From Halobacteriales archaeon QS_8_65_32 (GTDB lineage: Archaea > Halobacteriota > Halobacteria > Halobacteriales > Halococcaceae), in NCBI GenBank assembly GCA_003022925.1, contig PXRY01000100.1, positions 28,111 through 84,703 on the forward strand: a stretch of 56,593 nt of DNA, in the 5' to 3' direction. The translations under genes were made by a program, and so were the position numbers. Positions within the stretch are counted from its first letter, which is position 1, and the number at the start of each line of letters is the position of its first letter. The notes beneath the pieces are model-generated. The model had not been told where the DNA came from, searched no databases, and was given only the letters and a program-made list of their open reading frames with translations. This document shows positions 29,265-39,684 of this stretch, piece after piece.

Positions 29265-30455
29265 ATGCAGGACATCGTTCAGGAGGCGCTTGAAAACGCC
29301 GAACGCGAGGAACAGGCCCGGAACGAGGCCGATACCGACATCGACGAGTTCGGCGACCCGCGCATCGTCGTCGTCGGCTGTGGCGGCGCTGGTAACAACA
29401 CCGTCAATCGCCTGTATAACATGGGTATCGAGGGTGCAGAAACCGTCGCCGTGAACACCGACAAACAGCACCTCCAGATGATCGAGGCCGACTCGCGGGT
29501 GCTCGTCGGGAAATCCCTCACCGGCGGACTCGGCGCGGGCGGCGACCCCGAGATGGGCGAGCGCGCGACCGAGATGGCCCGGGGCACCGTCAAGGACGTC
29601 CTGAGCGACGCCGACCTCGTGTTCATCACTGCGGGCATGGGCGGCGGTACCGGGACCGGCGCAGCGCCCGTCGTTGCGAAGATCGCAAAGGAATCCGGTG
29701 CGATCGTCGTCGGGATGATCTCGACGCCCTTTACCGTCGAGCGTGCCCGGACGGTGCGCGCCGAAGAGGGTCTGGAGAACCTCCGCGGGGAGGCCGACTC
29801 GATCATCGTTCTCGACAATAACCGGCTACTCGATTACGTGCCGAACCTACCGATCGGCAAGGCCTTCTCAGTCATGGACCAGATCATCGCCGAAACCGTC
29901 AAGGGGATCGCCGAAACGATCACCCAGCCCTCGCTGATCAACCTCGATTACGCCGACATGACTGCCATCATGAACCAGGGCGGCGTTGCAGTCATGCTCG
30001 TCGGCGAGACCCAGGACAAGAACAAGACCGAGGAGGTCGTTCGCGACGCGATGAATCACCCCCTCTTGGACGTCGACTACCGCGGTGCCTCGGGGGGACT
30101 GGTCCACATCACTGGAGGACCCGACCTCACCCTCAAAGAGGCCGAAGGCGTCGCCCAGGACATCACCGAACGGCTCGAAGCGGACGCGAACGTCATCTGG
30201 GGCGCACGCATCCGCGAGGAGTACAAGGGCAAAGTTCGCGTGATGGCGATCATGACCGGCGTCCAGTCGGCCCAGATCCTCGGCCCCGGCGTCCAAGAAC
30301 AGGCCGAACAGTCCCGACAGGCCCTCCAATACGGCGAGGAGGGCTACGGCTTCGCCGACGCCAGCGGCCGGAGCGGCAACGCTCAAAGCGACGGCGGGCG
30401 TAACGAGGACATCACAAAGGACGAACGTAACCACGGTCTCGACGTCGTCCGCTGA
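29265..30455 (+). CDS. ftsZ2: Cell division protein FtsZ2
   Basis: [18 protein letters not shown] tubulin signature, INLDYAD. Confidence 0.96.
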   Translation: MQDIVQEALENAEREEQARNEADTDIDEFGDPRIVVVGCGGAGNNTVNRLYNMGIEGAETVAVNTDKQHLQMIEADSRVLVGKSLTGGLGAGGDPEMGERATEMARGTVKDVLSDADLVFITAGMGGGTGTGAAPVVAKIAKESGAIVVGMISTPFTVERARTVRAEEGLENLRGEADSIIVLDNNRLLDYVPNLPIGKAFSVMDQIIAETVKGIAETITQPSLINLDYADMTAIMNQGGVAVMLVGETQDKNKTEEVVRDAMNHPLLDVDYRGASGGLVHITGGPDLTLKEAEGVAQDITERLEADANVIWGARIREEYKGKVRVMAIMTGVQSAQILGPGVQEQAEQSRQALQYGEEGYGFADASGRSGNAQSDGGRNEDITKDERNHGLDVVR

Positions 30456-30653
30456 ACGCGTTCGACGGGCGCGGTCCGTGATCCCGTGTCGCCCGCGACG
30501 GCTCCCGGCTGACGACGTATCGGCCCTCCACTACCAACTATTGAACTCCCGACCGCGGTCGCCCGTCGGGCGACGCGCCGGGAGAATTTTTGAAGGCATC
30601 GGACGATGGTAGCGATGACTGCGATTTCACTCACGTCCACATACGTCGGCTCG

Positions 30654-31706
30654 TTAGTCGGTTGTGTGGACGCTCTCGACGAGTTGGCACTTCCGACAGA
30701 CGTCCTGGGTCGTCGCCGCGCCACACCGCTCGCACTCCCGAAGCGCAGGGCCGCTGTCGCCGTCGCTGCTGTCGGTGCTTTCGACGCCCCCGTCGTCAAT
30801 GCCGTCGCCGTTGGCACCCATGCCATCGCCGCCGCTTCCGTCGTCCCGGTGCTCGCGGGCGGCGAGCGCGGCGAGTTCCTCGTAGCCGGCCATGATCGAG
30901 TGCCGAGTTCCGGGATGATTCTCTTCGAGTCCGAGCAGGAGGGCTTTGATCTCGCCGCGGTAGGCCTCGCTCGCGTGGGGACATTCGGCCATGTGTACCG
31001 GCAGGTCCCGGAGGTGAGCGTACAGCGCGACTTCCTTCTCGGGAACGTCGCGCAGCGGTTTCGCCCGGGGGACGAACGCCTCCGAGTCGCCTCGCTCGTC
31101 GAACCCGCCCAAGCTCGCGTCGAAGTGTTTCGCGACCTGGCGGACATCACCCCCGAAGAGGTTCATCAGCGCGGTCTGGGCCTCGTCGTCGAGATTGTGG
31201 CCGGTCAGCAGTTTGTCGGCGTCGTACTTTCTCGCACCTGCTTCGAGCAGGTTCCGGCGAAAGACCCCGCAGTACGCACACGGGGCCATTCCTTCGGGGT
31301 CCTCGCGGGCGACGTCGTCCATCTCCAGGTCGAACTCCTCGGCGTAGCTCAGCAATTCGTGGTCAAGCCCGAGCGAGTCGGCTAACTCGACCGAGGCATC
31401 GACGCTCGCGTCGCGATAGCCCTCGATGCCCTCGTGGATCGTGAGACACACTAACCGTATCCGGGGGTCCTCGGCGAAGGTCTCTTGGAGGACCTGAGTG
31501 AGGGCGACGCTGTCCTTGCCACCTGAGAGGCCGATCAGCCAGGTTTCGGGCTCGTCGGGAGAAGCGGCGGGACTGATCAGGCCGTCCGAGCGGACGCGGC
31601 GACGGACCCGTTTTTCGACCGAGCGACAGAGATGGGCCTCACAGAGGTGACTGCCCGAGTACGCCGCGTAGTGGACCGCCGGGCGAGAACACCGGTCGCA
31701 ATCCAT
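30654..31706 (-). CDS. ncsA: tRNA 2-thiolation protein (Ncs6/TtuA family)
   Basis: SGGKDS PP-loop, CAYCGVFRR, TGHNLDD, terminal zinc fingers; convergent with ftsZ2. Confidence 0.92.
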   Translation of the reverse strand: MDCDRCSRPAVHYAAYSGSHLCEAHLCRSVEKRVRRRVRSDGLISPAASPDEPETWLIGLSGGKDSVALTQVLQETFAEDPRIRLVCLTIHEGIEGYRDASVDASVELADSLGLDHELLSYAEEFDLEMDDVAREDPEGMAPCAYCGVFRRNLLEAGARKYDADKLLTGHNLDDEAQTALMNLFGGDVRQVAKHFDASLGGFDERGDSEAFVPRAKPLRDVPEKEVALYAHLRDLPVHMAECPHASEAYRGEIKALLLGLEENHPGTRHSIMAGYEELAALAAREHRDDGSGGDGMGANGDGIDDGGVESTDSSDGDSGPALRECERCGAATTQDVCRKCQLVESVHTTD

Positions 31707-31748
31707 TGAGGGTCATTTCTGCCGAAGCGGGTTTGTGGGTTTCGACTC

Positions 31749-31862
31749 GCACCTTTTTCCTGAGGTCCTCGCTCGCACGCCTTCGACGTGCTCGGCTGCA
31801 GGCTCGGCAAAAATCTGCAGCAAAGACCGTTCGTTCGCCGTCTCCGACGGCTCACTCACGGA
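31749..31862. repeat. Dispersed repeat family F, copy F3 (partial)
   Basis: GCACCTTTTT...CAAAAATCTGCAGCAAAGA, related by reverse complement to F2. Confidence 0.55.
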
Positions 31863-31964
31863 TGACGAATCTGGACCGCCCCGCAATACAGACGCAAATC
31901 ATCGGCAAGCCGTTCTCGAAAAACCGTGTTGACCTACGCATCTGCTCGTCAAACAACCGCAAGA

Positions 31965-32377
31965 GGCGGGACTGGAAGGGGCCGGGCGGTCACGGGCGCG
32001 AAGCGCCCGTGAGCTCGGGAGAGCTTCGCTCTCCCGTAGGTCGGCGAACCCCGGCGTTCACGAGAGCGAAGTGGTTCAAGAGAGCGGAACTCTCTTTTTA
32101 TGCCAAGAGATGCTTCGCGTCTCTCGTAGCACTCTCGTGAGCCAACAGGATCTCCCTGCGATCCTGTGACGACGCAAGCACGTGAGCGACTGAAAGGAGC
32201 GAACGCGCGCAGCGAGCCGCGGGTAGTCGTTCGAGAGAGCAAAGCTCTCTCGTGATGACGGGAGAACTCCGTTCTCCCGAACCACGCGGGACTCGAAGAG
32301 TCCCGCGGACCATGCGAACGGGCCTCCGGCCCGTGAGCAGAAGCCGAGCGGCCGGGGGCTTCCTAAACGGTCGCGGC
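31965..32377 (-). repeat. Modular hairpin element, family E, copy E4
   Basis: GGGACTGGAAGGGGCC...GGGGGCTTCCTAAACGGTC; about 32210-32372 is a near-identical inverted copy of 42876-43037. Confidence 0.88.
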
Positions 32378-32596
32378 AACTCTCTCGAAATAGCTCGATC
32401 GAACACGACCCACTCAGCAGACAGAAGCGTTTTGTTCGTACCCGCGAAGATCGATGTAGTATGGAGACCCTTTTCCGCGGCGTCTGACGGGACTGGCCTC
32501 GCGTCCGACGCGGGTCATCGGCGTTCCGGCGGGTTTCGTCGGCTCGTTTTCCGGCTTTCGAGCGACCGCTCTCAACTACCCGACCCGCCATAACGA

Positions 32597-33901
32597 ATGC
32601 GAATACGACGACTTAGACGACTGCTCGCATCGATTACGGAGTACTACTCATCGCTCGAAGAGCTACGCGACCGCCGTCTCGCGGTGCTCGCGCTTGCGAA
32701 CCTGCTCGACATGGCATCGACGTCGATCGTCGTGCCCCTGTTGCCGATCTATGCCGAACGGTTGGGAGCTGGCCCGGTCTTTCTGGGTCTGCTCTTTACC
32801 CTGCCGACGGCGGTCAGCACCCTCTTGAGCACGCCGTTTGGCTACCTCGCCGACCGAACCTCGCGGAAACCCCCGATCGTCGCCGGCACGATCCTCGGGG
32901 GACTGTCGGTCGTCGGCGTCGGCTTCGCGGGCGACCCGACGACGCTGCTCCTCTTCAGGGGTATCGACGGCGCGGCGATGGCGATGCGTTCGGCCCCGAC
33001 GACCGCGTACCTCGGCGACATCGCCGGCGAGGACAACCGCGGGAGCGTCATGTCGGCGTATCACGCCGCCGGCATGGTCTCGATCGCTGGCGGCCCGGTG
33101 CTCGGCGGTTCGCTCGCGGCGGTCGGCTCGCTCGCAACGCCGTTTTTCGTCCTCGGCGGCGTCACCTTGATCGGCGGCGTCGTTCTCGTGGGCCTCCCCC
33201 GGAGCCCGCGGGACGAACCGACCGACGGCTCGCTCTTCGGCGAATCGTCACTCGGCGAGTCGGCACTGTCGGCGGTACGGTCGGCGATCGAAACTACCCG
33301 CGAGCGCGCTTCGCTCACGGTCGGCGCGCTCCTGGCGAGTGCCTTTCTCGCCCAGGTCGGGACGAGCGCATTGAGCCCGCTGTTCGCGCCGTTGCTCGAA
33401 GCGACCGTCGGCGGCGGGCCGGCGGTCGCGAGCCTCGCCTGGAGCGCGCTCGGCGTCGGCGTGCTCGTCTTCGTCCCCGTCGGCGGGACGCTCGCCGACC
33501 GCGCCGGCCGCAAGTCCACGCTGATCGCCGGGAAGTCGATCTGGTTCGCCGTCACAATCGGACTCGTTCTCGCGTGGACACCCCTCCTGCCGGTGGTACT
33601 GATGGCCGGTGGCGGGATCGCAAGCGCCTTTACCGGACCGGCCCAGACCGCGCTACGATACGAGTCCGCACCCGAGGGCGGCGAGGGGTCGCTGATCGGC
33701 CTGTACGGGACGGCGGCCTCGATCGGCGGGACGATCGGTCCGCTCTGTGGCGGGTTCGTCGCCGGCGCGATCGGCGCCCGAGGGGCAGTACTCGCGATCG
33801 GCGTGCTCTGGGCGGTCGACGCGCTCGTGATCGGCCTCGGCGTTCGGGATCGAACGACGACGAACCGGGTAACTGGCAGACCGGAACATGCCGAGAACTG
33901 A
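32597..33901 (+). CDS. MFS transporter
   Basis: About 12 TM segments; GYLADRTSRK and GTLADRAGRK motif A copies. Confidence 0.92.
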   Translation: MRIRRLRRLLASITEYYSSLEELRDRRLAVLALANLLDMASTSIVVPLLPIYAERLGAGPVFLGLLFTLPTAVSTLLSTPFGYLADRTSRKPPIVAGTILGGLSVVGVGFAGDPTTLLLFRGIDGAAMAMRSAPTTAYLGDIAGEDNRGSVMSAYHAAGMVSIAGGPVLGGSLAAVGSLATPFFVLGGVTLIGGVVLVGLPRSPRDEPTDGSLFGESSLGESALSAVRSAIETTRERASLTVGALLASAFLAQVGTSALSPLFAPLLEATVGGGPAVASLAWSALGVGVLVFVPVGGTLADRAGRKSTLIAGKSIWFAVTIGLVLAWTPLLPVVLMAGGGIASAFTGPAQTALRYESAPEGGEGSLIGLYGTAASIGGTIGPLCGGFVAGAIGARGAVLAIGVLWAVDALVIGLGVRDRTTTNRVTGRPEHAEN

Positions 33902-33947
33902 GCGACAGTACGGTTACCGGTCGGCCAGCGACCGGCGACGATCGGGG

Positions 33948-35885
33948 TCACTCGGCTTCGACGGCGTCGTCGAAGCCCATCGGTTCGGGGCCTGCTCCCT
34001 CGCGGCCGAGCGCCCGGCCGAGGTACAGCGCGGAGTTGATCAGGCCGATGTGGCTAAAGGCCTGTGGGAAGTTCCCCAGGTGTGTGCCTGTCTCGGGGTC
34101 GATCTCCTCAGCGAGCAGGCCCAGGGGGTTCGCGTAGGAGATCAGGCTCTCGAAGAGGTCGTGGGCCTCTTCGATCCGCCCCGAGAGGGTCAGCGCGTCG
34201 ACGAGCCAGAACGAACAGAGCACGAACGCGCCTTCCTCGCCCTCCAGGCCGTCCTCGCCGTCGTACCGGTAGACCAGCCCGTCGTCGCTGGTCAGGCCCT
34301 CGATGGTGGCGTCGATCGTCCCCTGCACCCGCCGGTCGTCGAACGGCAAGAAGCCGACGATCGGGAGCAGTAGTCCAGCCGCATCGAGGTCGTCACCGTC
34401 GAGCGTCCGGGTGAAACTGCCCTGCTCGCCGATCGACTCGTCGAACCCGCGATCGAGTACCGTCTCCCTGATCTCCTCGCGACACGCACGCCAGTCGTCG
34501 AGCGGCGCATCGAGGTCGTTCGAGGCGGCCATCTCGATGCCACGGTCGAGGGCGGCCCAGCACATCACCTTCGAGAAGACGAACTGTTTCGGGTTACAAC
34601 GGACTTCCCAGATACCCTCGTCGGGTTCGTCCCACACCTCCCGGGCGTGCTCGATGATTTCCCGTAGCGCGGGCCACTCGCTTGCGTCGAGGTCAGCGCC
34701 ACCGTTCGTCGTCTCGTGGGCAGCGATTAGGAGTTCGCCGAAGACGTCGAGTTGGCGCTGCTCGCGGGCGGCGTTGCCGACTCGTACCGGAGTCGACCCG
34801 CAGTACCCCGAGAGGTGATCGAGCTCCCGCTCAGTCAGATCGGTCTCGCCGTGGAGGCCGTAGAGCGGCTGGAGGTCGGCCGGATCGGTGTGACAGAGCC
34901 CCTGGAACCACTCGAAGAAGGCCCGTGCCTCGGCGCGATGGCCCAGGTTCGAAAGCGCCTGGATCGTAAAGGCACCGTCGCGCAGCCAGCTGAAGCGGTA
35001 GTCCCAATTACGTTCGCCGCCGATCTCCTCGGGCAACGACGTGGTCGGCGCGGCGGCGATCGCGCCTGACCCGTCGTGGGCGAGCAACTTGAGCACTAAC
35101 CCCGAGCGGGTCGTCAGGTCGTGCCACTGACCGTCGAAGACACAGTCGTGATCGCCGCAGTCGTGCGCCCACTCGCGCCAGTACTCGACAGTGTCGTCGA
35201 GACGGCGCTCCGGGTCGACCGGACCGTCGCGGTTAGTGGATGCGTCGGCGTCGACGCCAACGTCGACTGACCCGGCGTCGGCCGCTTCGGTCTCGCGATA
35301 CTGGAGCACGAACCACGCCGTCTGGCCGGCCGAGAGCGTCGTTCTAGCGGTCGCTACCCCGTCGTCGACGGTCCACTCGACCGAGGCGGAAAGCGACAGC
35401 GCCTCGCCGTCCGCACGGGCGCGAAGGCTCCCGTCGGCCGTATCGATCGTGTCGACCGTCGTTTCCGCCCGAGCGAAGTCGAGCCGGGGGGCGAACTCGA
35501 CGCCGATCTCGACTGCCCCAGCGGTGGCTTCGGCCTTTCGGTAGATCGCCCGCCGATCGTCGCTGCCGCCGGTATCGGTGCTTCCGTCGTCAACCGGCAT
35601 GAAGTCGGTGAGTCGAAGGGTACCCGTATCGGTCTCGAAGGTCGTTTCGAGCACGTTCGTTCGGTCGGCGTACGCCTGGCTCGACTCGAAGGAGCCCGTA
35701 GGACGTATCGAAAACGAGCCGCCCCGGTCGGCGTCGAGGATGGCGGCGAATACCCCGGCGGATTCGAGATGGGGAGCCGGGAACCAGTCGATCGAGCCGT
35801 CCCGGCTCACGAGGGCACAGCTCACCCCGTCGCCGACGAGGCCGTACCCGGCGATCGGCGTGTATTCGTGCCCGCTCTCGCTCAT
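33948..35885 (-). CDS. Glycoside hydrolase family 15 (trehalase/glucoamylase-like)
   Basis: AAPTTSLPE..GG.RNWDYRFSWLRD, GIWEVR, GNFPQAFSH. Confidence 0.93.
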   Translation of the reverse strand: MSESGHEYTPIAGYGLVGDGVSCALVSRDGSIDWFPAPHLESAGVFAAILDADRGGSFSIRPTGSFESSQAYADRTNVLETTFETDTGTLRLTDFMPVDDGSTDTGGSDDRRAIYRKAEATAGAVEIGVEFAPRLDFARAETTVDTIDTADGSLRARADGEALSLSASVEWTVDDGVATARTTLSAGQTAWFVLQYRETEAADAGSVDVGVDADASTNRDGPVDPERRLDDTVEYWREWAHDCGDHDCVFDGQWHDLTTRSGLVLKLLAHDGSGAIAAAPTTSLPEEIGGERNWDYRFSWLRDGAFTIQALSNLGHRAEARAFFEWFQGLCHTDPADLQPLYGLHGETDLTERELDHLSGYCGSTPVRVGNAAREQRQLDVFGELLIAAHETTNGGADLDASEWPALREIIEHAREVWDEPDEGIWEVRCNPKQFVFSKVMCWAALDRGIEMAASNDLDAPLDDWRACREEIRETVLDRGFDESIGEQGSFTRTLDGDDLDAAGLLLPIVGFLPFDDRRVQGTIDATIEGLTSDDGLVYRYDGEDGLEGEEGAFVLCSFWLVDALTLSGRIEEAHDLFESLISYANPLGLLAEEIDPETGTHLGNFPQAFSHIGLINSALYLGRALGREGAGPEPMGFDDAVEAE

Positions 35886-36122
35886 CGATTCGCCCCGCTG
35901 AGGTCGGTCGGGACGGCCGAGGCGCTCGGGGCGACCGGGGCCCACGCCGGAAGTGGGTCGGAAGTCGTCATCGATCCACGGAGGGGCTGAACGGGCGAAA
36001 AGCCTCCGGCGGTCGTGTGCCGTCGGTGCCGACGCGTCGGCGGCGATAGACGGTATGGGCAACGGACGGTGCGAGCGCGACGAATCGGCGTCGGACGTCG
36101 CGGCGAGTCGGCACCGGAGAAC

Positions 36123-38108
36123 TCAATCGGAGCGGCCCGACTCGCCGTCGGGGTCGCTCCCGTCGGTACCGATCGGCTCGACGGCGTAGTCGGTGTCCAC
36201 GCTGGGACCCGCGGGCTGTTCCACGTACCCGGATTCGAGCTGTGCCTCGCGGGCTTCGCTCAACAACAGCGCCGAGTTGATCAGGCCGATGTGGCTGAAT
36301 GCCTGCGGGAAGTTGCCCCGGCCTTCGCCGGTCTCGGGGTCGACCTCCTCCGCGAGCAACCCCAACGGACTCGCGAACGACACGACCGAGTCGAACAGTT
36401 CGGTCGCTTCCTCGATGCGGCCCGAGAGGGCGAGCGCGTCGACGAGCCAGAACGAACAGAGCACGAAGGGGTTGTCCTCGCCAGCGACGCCGTCAGGAGC
36501 GTCGTAGCGATAGACCAGCCCGTCGTCGGTCGCGAGCCGCGAGCGAACCGCGTCGATCGTCCCCTGGATCCGCCGGTCGTCGACGGACAAGAAGCCGACG
36601 ACCGGCAACAACAAGGCGGTGGCGTCGACCGCGGTGTCGGTCTCAAAGGTTCGGGTGAAACTGCCGTGGTCGCCGATCGCCGGATTGAACCCCGCTTCGA
36701 GCACCGTTTCCTTGATCTCCGCGCGGGTCTCGCGCCAAGCCCGTGTCGGGGCGTCGAAGCCCTGCTCGCGAGCCATTTCGATGCCACGGTCGAGGGCGGC
36801 CCAGCACATCACCTTCGAGAAGACGAACTGTCGCGGCTCGCTGCGGACCTCCCAGATGCTGCTTCCCGGCAGGTTCCAGACCTCGCGGGCGCGCTCGATC
36901 ACCCGGCGGACCGTTGCCCACGTTTCGGCTGAGAGGCCCTCGCCGCGCCGGGAGGTCTCGTAGACCGCGAGGACGAGTTCGCCGTAGACGTCGAGTTGGC
37001 GCTGGTCGCGGGCGGCGTTGCCGATCCTAACAGGGGCCGACCCGCGATAGCCCTCGAACCCGTCGAGGATCTCCTCGCCGACATCGGTTTCGCCGCGTAG
37101 GCCGTATAACGGGCGGTAGAGCGGCTGGTCCAAGCTCTCCGGATCGCCTTCAGCCAGGCCGAGACACCAGTCGAAGTAGCGTCTCGCTGCGTCGGTGTTG
37201 CCGAGGCGGTAGAGCGCCTGGACCGAAAAGGCGGCGTCGCGTAGCCAACTGAAGCGGTAATCCCAGTTGCGCACCCCGCCGATCTCCTCGGGTAGCGAGG
37301 TCGTCGGCGCGGCGGCGATCGCGCCGGTCCCGTAGTGGGTGAGCAGCTTGAGCACCAACCCCGAGCGCACTACGAGGTCGTACCGGGGACTGTCGAAAAC
37401 ACACTGGGAGGGGTGGGTACACCGACGCGCCCACGCGCGCCAGTAGCGGATCGTCCCCGCCAGGGCGGCCTCGTGCTCGGCGGGCGAGAGCGGATCGTGC
37501 GCGCCGTACTGGAGGGAAACGACCAGGTTCTCGCCCGCCGAAAGCGTGTGGGCCGCGTGCGCGGTATGATCCCGGGTCCAGCGGTCGCCGCCGTCGCCAT
37601 CGTCACCGTCGTCGATCGAGAAATCGAGCGGTGCCGACGCCGACAGGAAGAGGCGCTCGCCGTCCGCGCGGGCGACGACGCCGGCAGAAGTCGGTTCGAT
37701 CCCCGTCGCCGCCCGAGCGTAGTCGAACCGAGGGGCGAAGTCGACGGCGATGCCGACCGCGCCTTTCGTGCACTCGACCCGTCGGTAGATCGCTCGTGTC
37801 GGGAGTTCGGGCGTCCGTTCGTTATCCGTGACGGGCATGAAGTCCGTGAGCGTTATCCGGCCGGTCGGCGTCTCGAATTCGGTCTCTAAGACGTTCGTGC
37901 GGGAAACGTACGACTGCTCGCTCGCGTACTCGCCGGCCGGCCGAAGGGCGAAGTGTCCCCCGCGGTCGGTATCGAGGATCGCCGCGAAGACGCTCGGGGA
38001 GGCCAACTCCGGTACCGGAAACCAGTCGATCGAGCCGTCGCTGCCGACGAGCGAACACGTCTCTACGTTCCCGAGGAGGCCGTACTCCGCGAGCGGCGTA
38101 TATTCCAT
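36123..38108 (-). CDS. Glycoside hydrolase family 15, tandem paralog
   Basis: Same GH15 motifs as the neighbour; ATG at 38108 (MEYTPLAEY). Confidence 0.93.
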   Translation of the reverse strand: MEYTPLAEYGLLGNVETCSLVGSDGSIDWFPVPELASPSVFAAILDTDRGGHFALRPAGEYASEQSYVSRTNVLETEFETPTGRITLTDFMPVTDNERTPELPTRAIYRRVECTKGAVGIAVDFAPRFDYARAATGIEPTSAGVVARADGERLFLSASAPLDFSIDDGDDGDGGDRWTRDHTAHAAHTLSAGENLVVSLQYGAHDPLSPAEHEAALAGTIRYWRAWARRCTHPSQCVFDSPRYDLVVRSGLVLKLLTHYGTGAIAAAPTTSLPEEIGGVRNWDYRFSWLRDAAFSVQALYRLGNTDAARRYFDWCLGLAEGDPESLDQPLYRPLYGLRGETDVGEEILDGFEGYRGSAPVRIGNAARDQRQLDVYGELVLAVYETSRRGEGLSAETWATVRRVIERAREVWNLPGSSIWEVRSEPRQFVFSKVMCWAALDRGIEMAREQGFDAPTRAWRETRAEIKETVLEAGFNPAIGDHGSFTRTFETDTAVDATALLLPVVGFLSVDDRRIQGTIDAVRSRLATDDGLVYRYDAPDGVAGEDNPFVLCSFWLVDALALSGRIEEATELFDSVVSFASPLGLLAEEVDPETGEGRGNFPQAFSHIGLINSALLLSEAREAQLESGYVEQPAGPSVDTDYAVEPIGTDGSDPDGESGRSD

Positions 38109-38352
38109 CTGGAGGGCTTCAGTAATAATGCGTACCTTCACTACATAAGGTTGTTGGCCGGTGTGAAAGTGGCACGTACGCCTAACCGTCAGTAGCCGGC
38201 GACTACCGGCGGTCGTATCGGCTGGGATCCGACGAGTATGAGTCCAGCGGTCAACGATTCGGTGTAACGGTCGTGTCGAGTGGCGGGGGCGCGACAAGGC
38301 AGAGCGAGCGGCAGCGGTACTAATCGGCCGGTGAGCGTTGCCACAGGCTGTA

Positions 38353-38494
38353 CCGGGTGGGACTGGAAGCTCCCGGACGGTCGGCGAAGGCGGACGACGC
38401 GAGCACCGTAGGTGAGCGACGAAAGGGAACGAACCGAGGAGCGCAGCGAGGCCTCCGAGTTGATTCGTCCGGGGGCTTCCGAAACGATCCCAGC
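38353..38494 (-). repeat. Family E, minimal cassette-free copy E5
   Basis: GGGTGGGACTGGAAG...GGGGGCTTCCGAAACGATC; collinear with E2 but lacking its internal cassettes. Confidence 0.8.
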
Positions 38495-38578
38495 AGCTCG
38501 TTTCCCGAAGATTACGAACCGAGCACTACCCGGCCGACAGCGGAAACGGTTTTGCGCGCCGGGCGAGAAGGGGAAGCG

Positions 38579-39241
38579 ATGGACGACTCGGATGGCATCG
38601 ATCGATCGGCGGCGGTTGCGCGGCTCTCCCGGCTGGTCGAGACGATAGAGAGCGAGGTCATGCCGGTGCCGGTCCGGGAGCTGTGGACCTACGGCGACGT
38701 CGCGCTCGGGCTCGATCCCGTCTCGCGGCTCGACGTCTATCTGACGAAAGACCTGCTGTTTCACGGCGAGGGCGAGCGCGAAGCCGACTTTCGCGAGTCA
38801 CACGGCGTCGAAGGCGTCGGGAAGACGGTACGCGCGGCGTGGGCCGAGCAGTTCCCCGAGTACGTCAGGGCGAACGCCAATGGCCACGTCGCACCCGAAA
38901 AGTGTCTCGCGGCACACCTCGTCGACGACGACGAGCCGATCCACGTCGAGGTGTGTAACGCGAGCTTCGAGGACAACGTCACCCAGCGCCTGCGTGGGGC
39001 GACCGCGCGGGGGAACTACGAACAGATCCTCGACCCGCGCGGAGTGTGTCTCTGGGCGGAAGGCACCCGCAGCGAGACGGCCTTTTCGAAGCTACAAGAG
39101 GGCGAGTTCGTCTTCCCGACGCTCGGAGAGGCACTTACCATGATCGGCATGGACGACGACGAAGCAGCCGAAGCCGCCGACGCGATGGCCGCCTACCGCG
39201 CTAATCAAGAAGGCGCAACGGTTCGCGGCGACGTAGTGTAG
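38579..39241 (+). CDS. Conserved haloarchaeal protein with a nucleotidyltransferase-like N-terminus
   Basis: VRELWTYGDVALGLDPVSRLDVYL resembles the G-S...D-x-D arrangement of minimal nucleotidyltransferases. Confidence 0.7.
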   Translation: MDDSDGIDRSAAVARLSRLVETIESEVMPVPVRELWTYGDVALGLDPVSRLDVYLTKDLLFHGEGEREADFRESHGVEGVGKTVRAAWAEQFPEYVRANANGHVAPEKCLAAHLVDDDEPIHVEVCNASFEDNVTQRLRGATARGNYEQILDPRGVCLWAEGTRSETAFSKLQEGEFVFPTLGEALTMIGMDDDEAAEAADAMAAYRANQEGATVRGDVV

Positions 39242-39369
39242 CTCCACCGTCACGGCGTCGAGCGGTCACGGAATCGAGCGGCCACGGGAGCGGACACGAC
39301 CGATCGGACGGGGACGGCGCACTGGTAGCCACACACTATTTGTTCACCGCGGGAGAGGGGAGAATCGGA

Positions 39370-39657
39370 ATGAACGACGATCGAACGGCGACGCGACGAC
39401 AGACGCTTCGTACTGCCGGACTGCTGGCGGTAGCAGGACTTGCCGGCTGTGCGGCTCCCAGCGGTGGCGGCGAAGGTGAGGGTGGAGGCGAAGGGGGCGG
39501 TGAAGGTGGCGGTGGCGAAGGCGGTGGGGGGGAAGGCGAGGGCGGCGGAGAAGGTGGTGAAGGCGGCGGTGGCGAAGGAGAGGGCGGTGAAGGTGGCGGC
39601 GAGGGTAGGGGCGGCGGATACGGCGGTGGGGAGGGAGAAGGCGGCGAGGGGGGCTGA
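39370..39657 (+). CDS. Tat-exported lipoprotein with a Gly/Glu-repeat mature part
   Basis: TRRQTL twin-arginine signal, LAGC lipobox, then GGGEGEG-type repeats. Confidence 0.75.
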   Translation: MNDDRTATRRQTLRTAGLLAVAGLAGCAAPSGGGEGEGGGEGGGEGGGGEGGGGEGEGGGEGGEGGGGEGEGGEGGGEGRGGGYGGGEGEGGEGG

Positions 39658-39684
39658 CCGATCGGTGGCGGCGTCGAGGGGCGC

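Noticed and set aside
32227..32284. Hammerhead ribozyme reading of the cassette (hairpin-TGATGA-hairpin-GAAC)
   Set aside because: The core is GUGAUGA rather than CUGAUGA and GAAC rather than GAAA; the ends pair as a simple inverted repeat, and flipped loops fit DNA better than RNA
31949..32593. ORFs within family E repeats as a transposase
   Set aside because: No HUH, DDE or recombinase motifs; the frames are not conserved between copies
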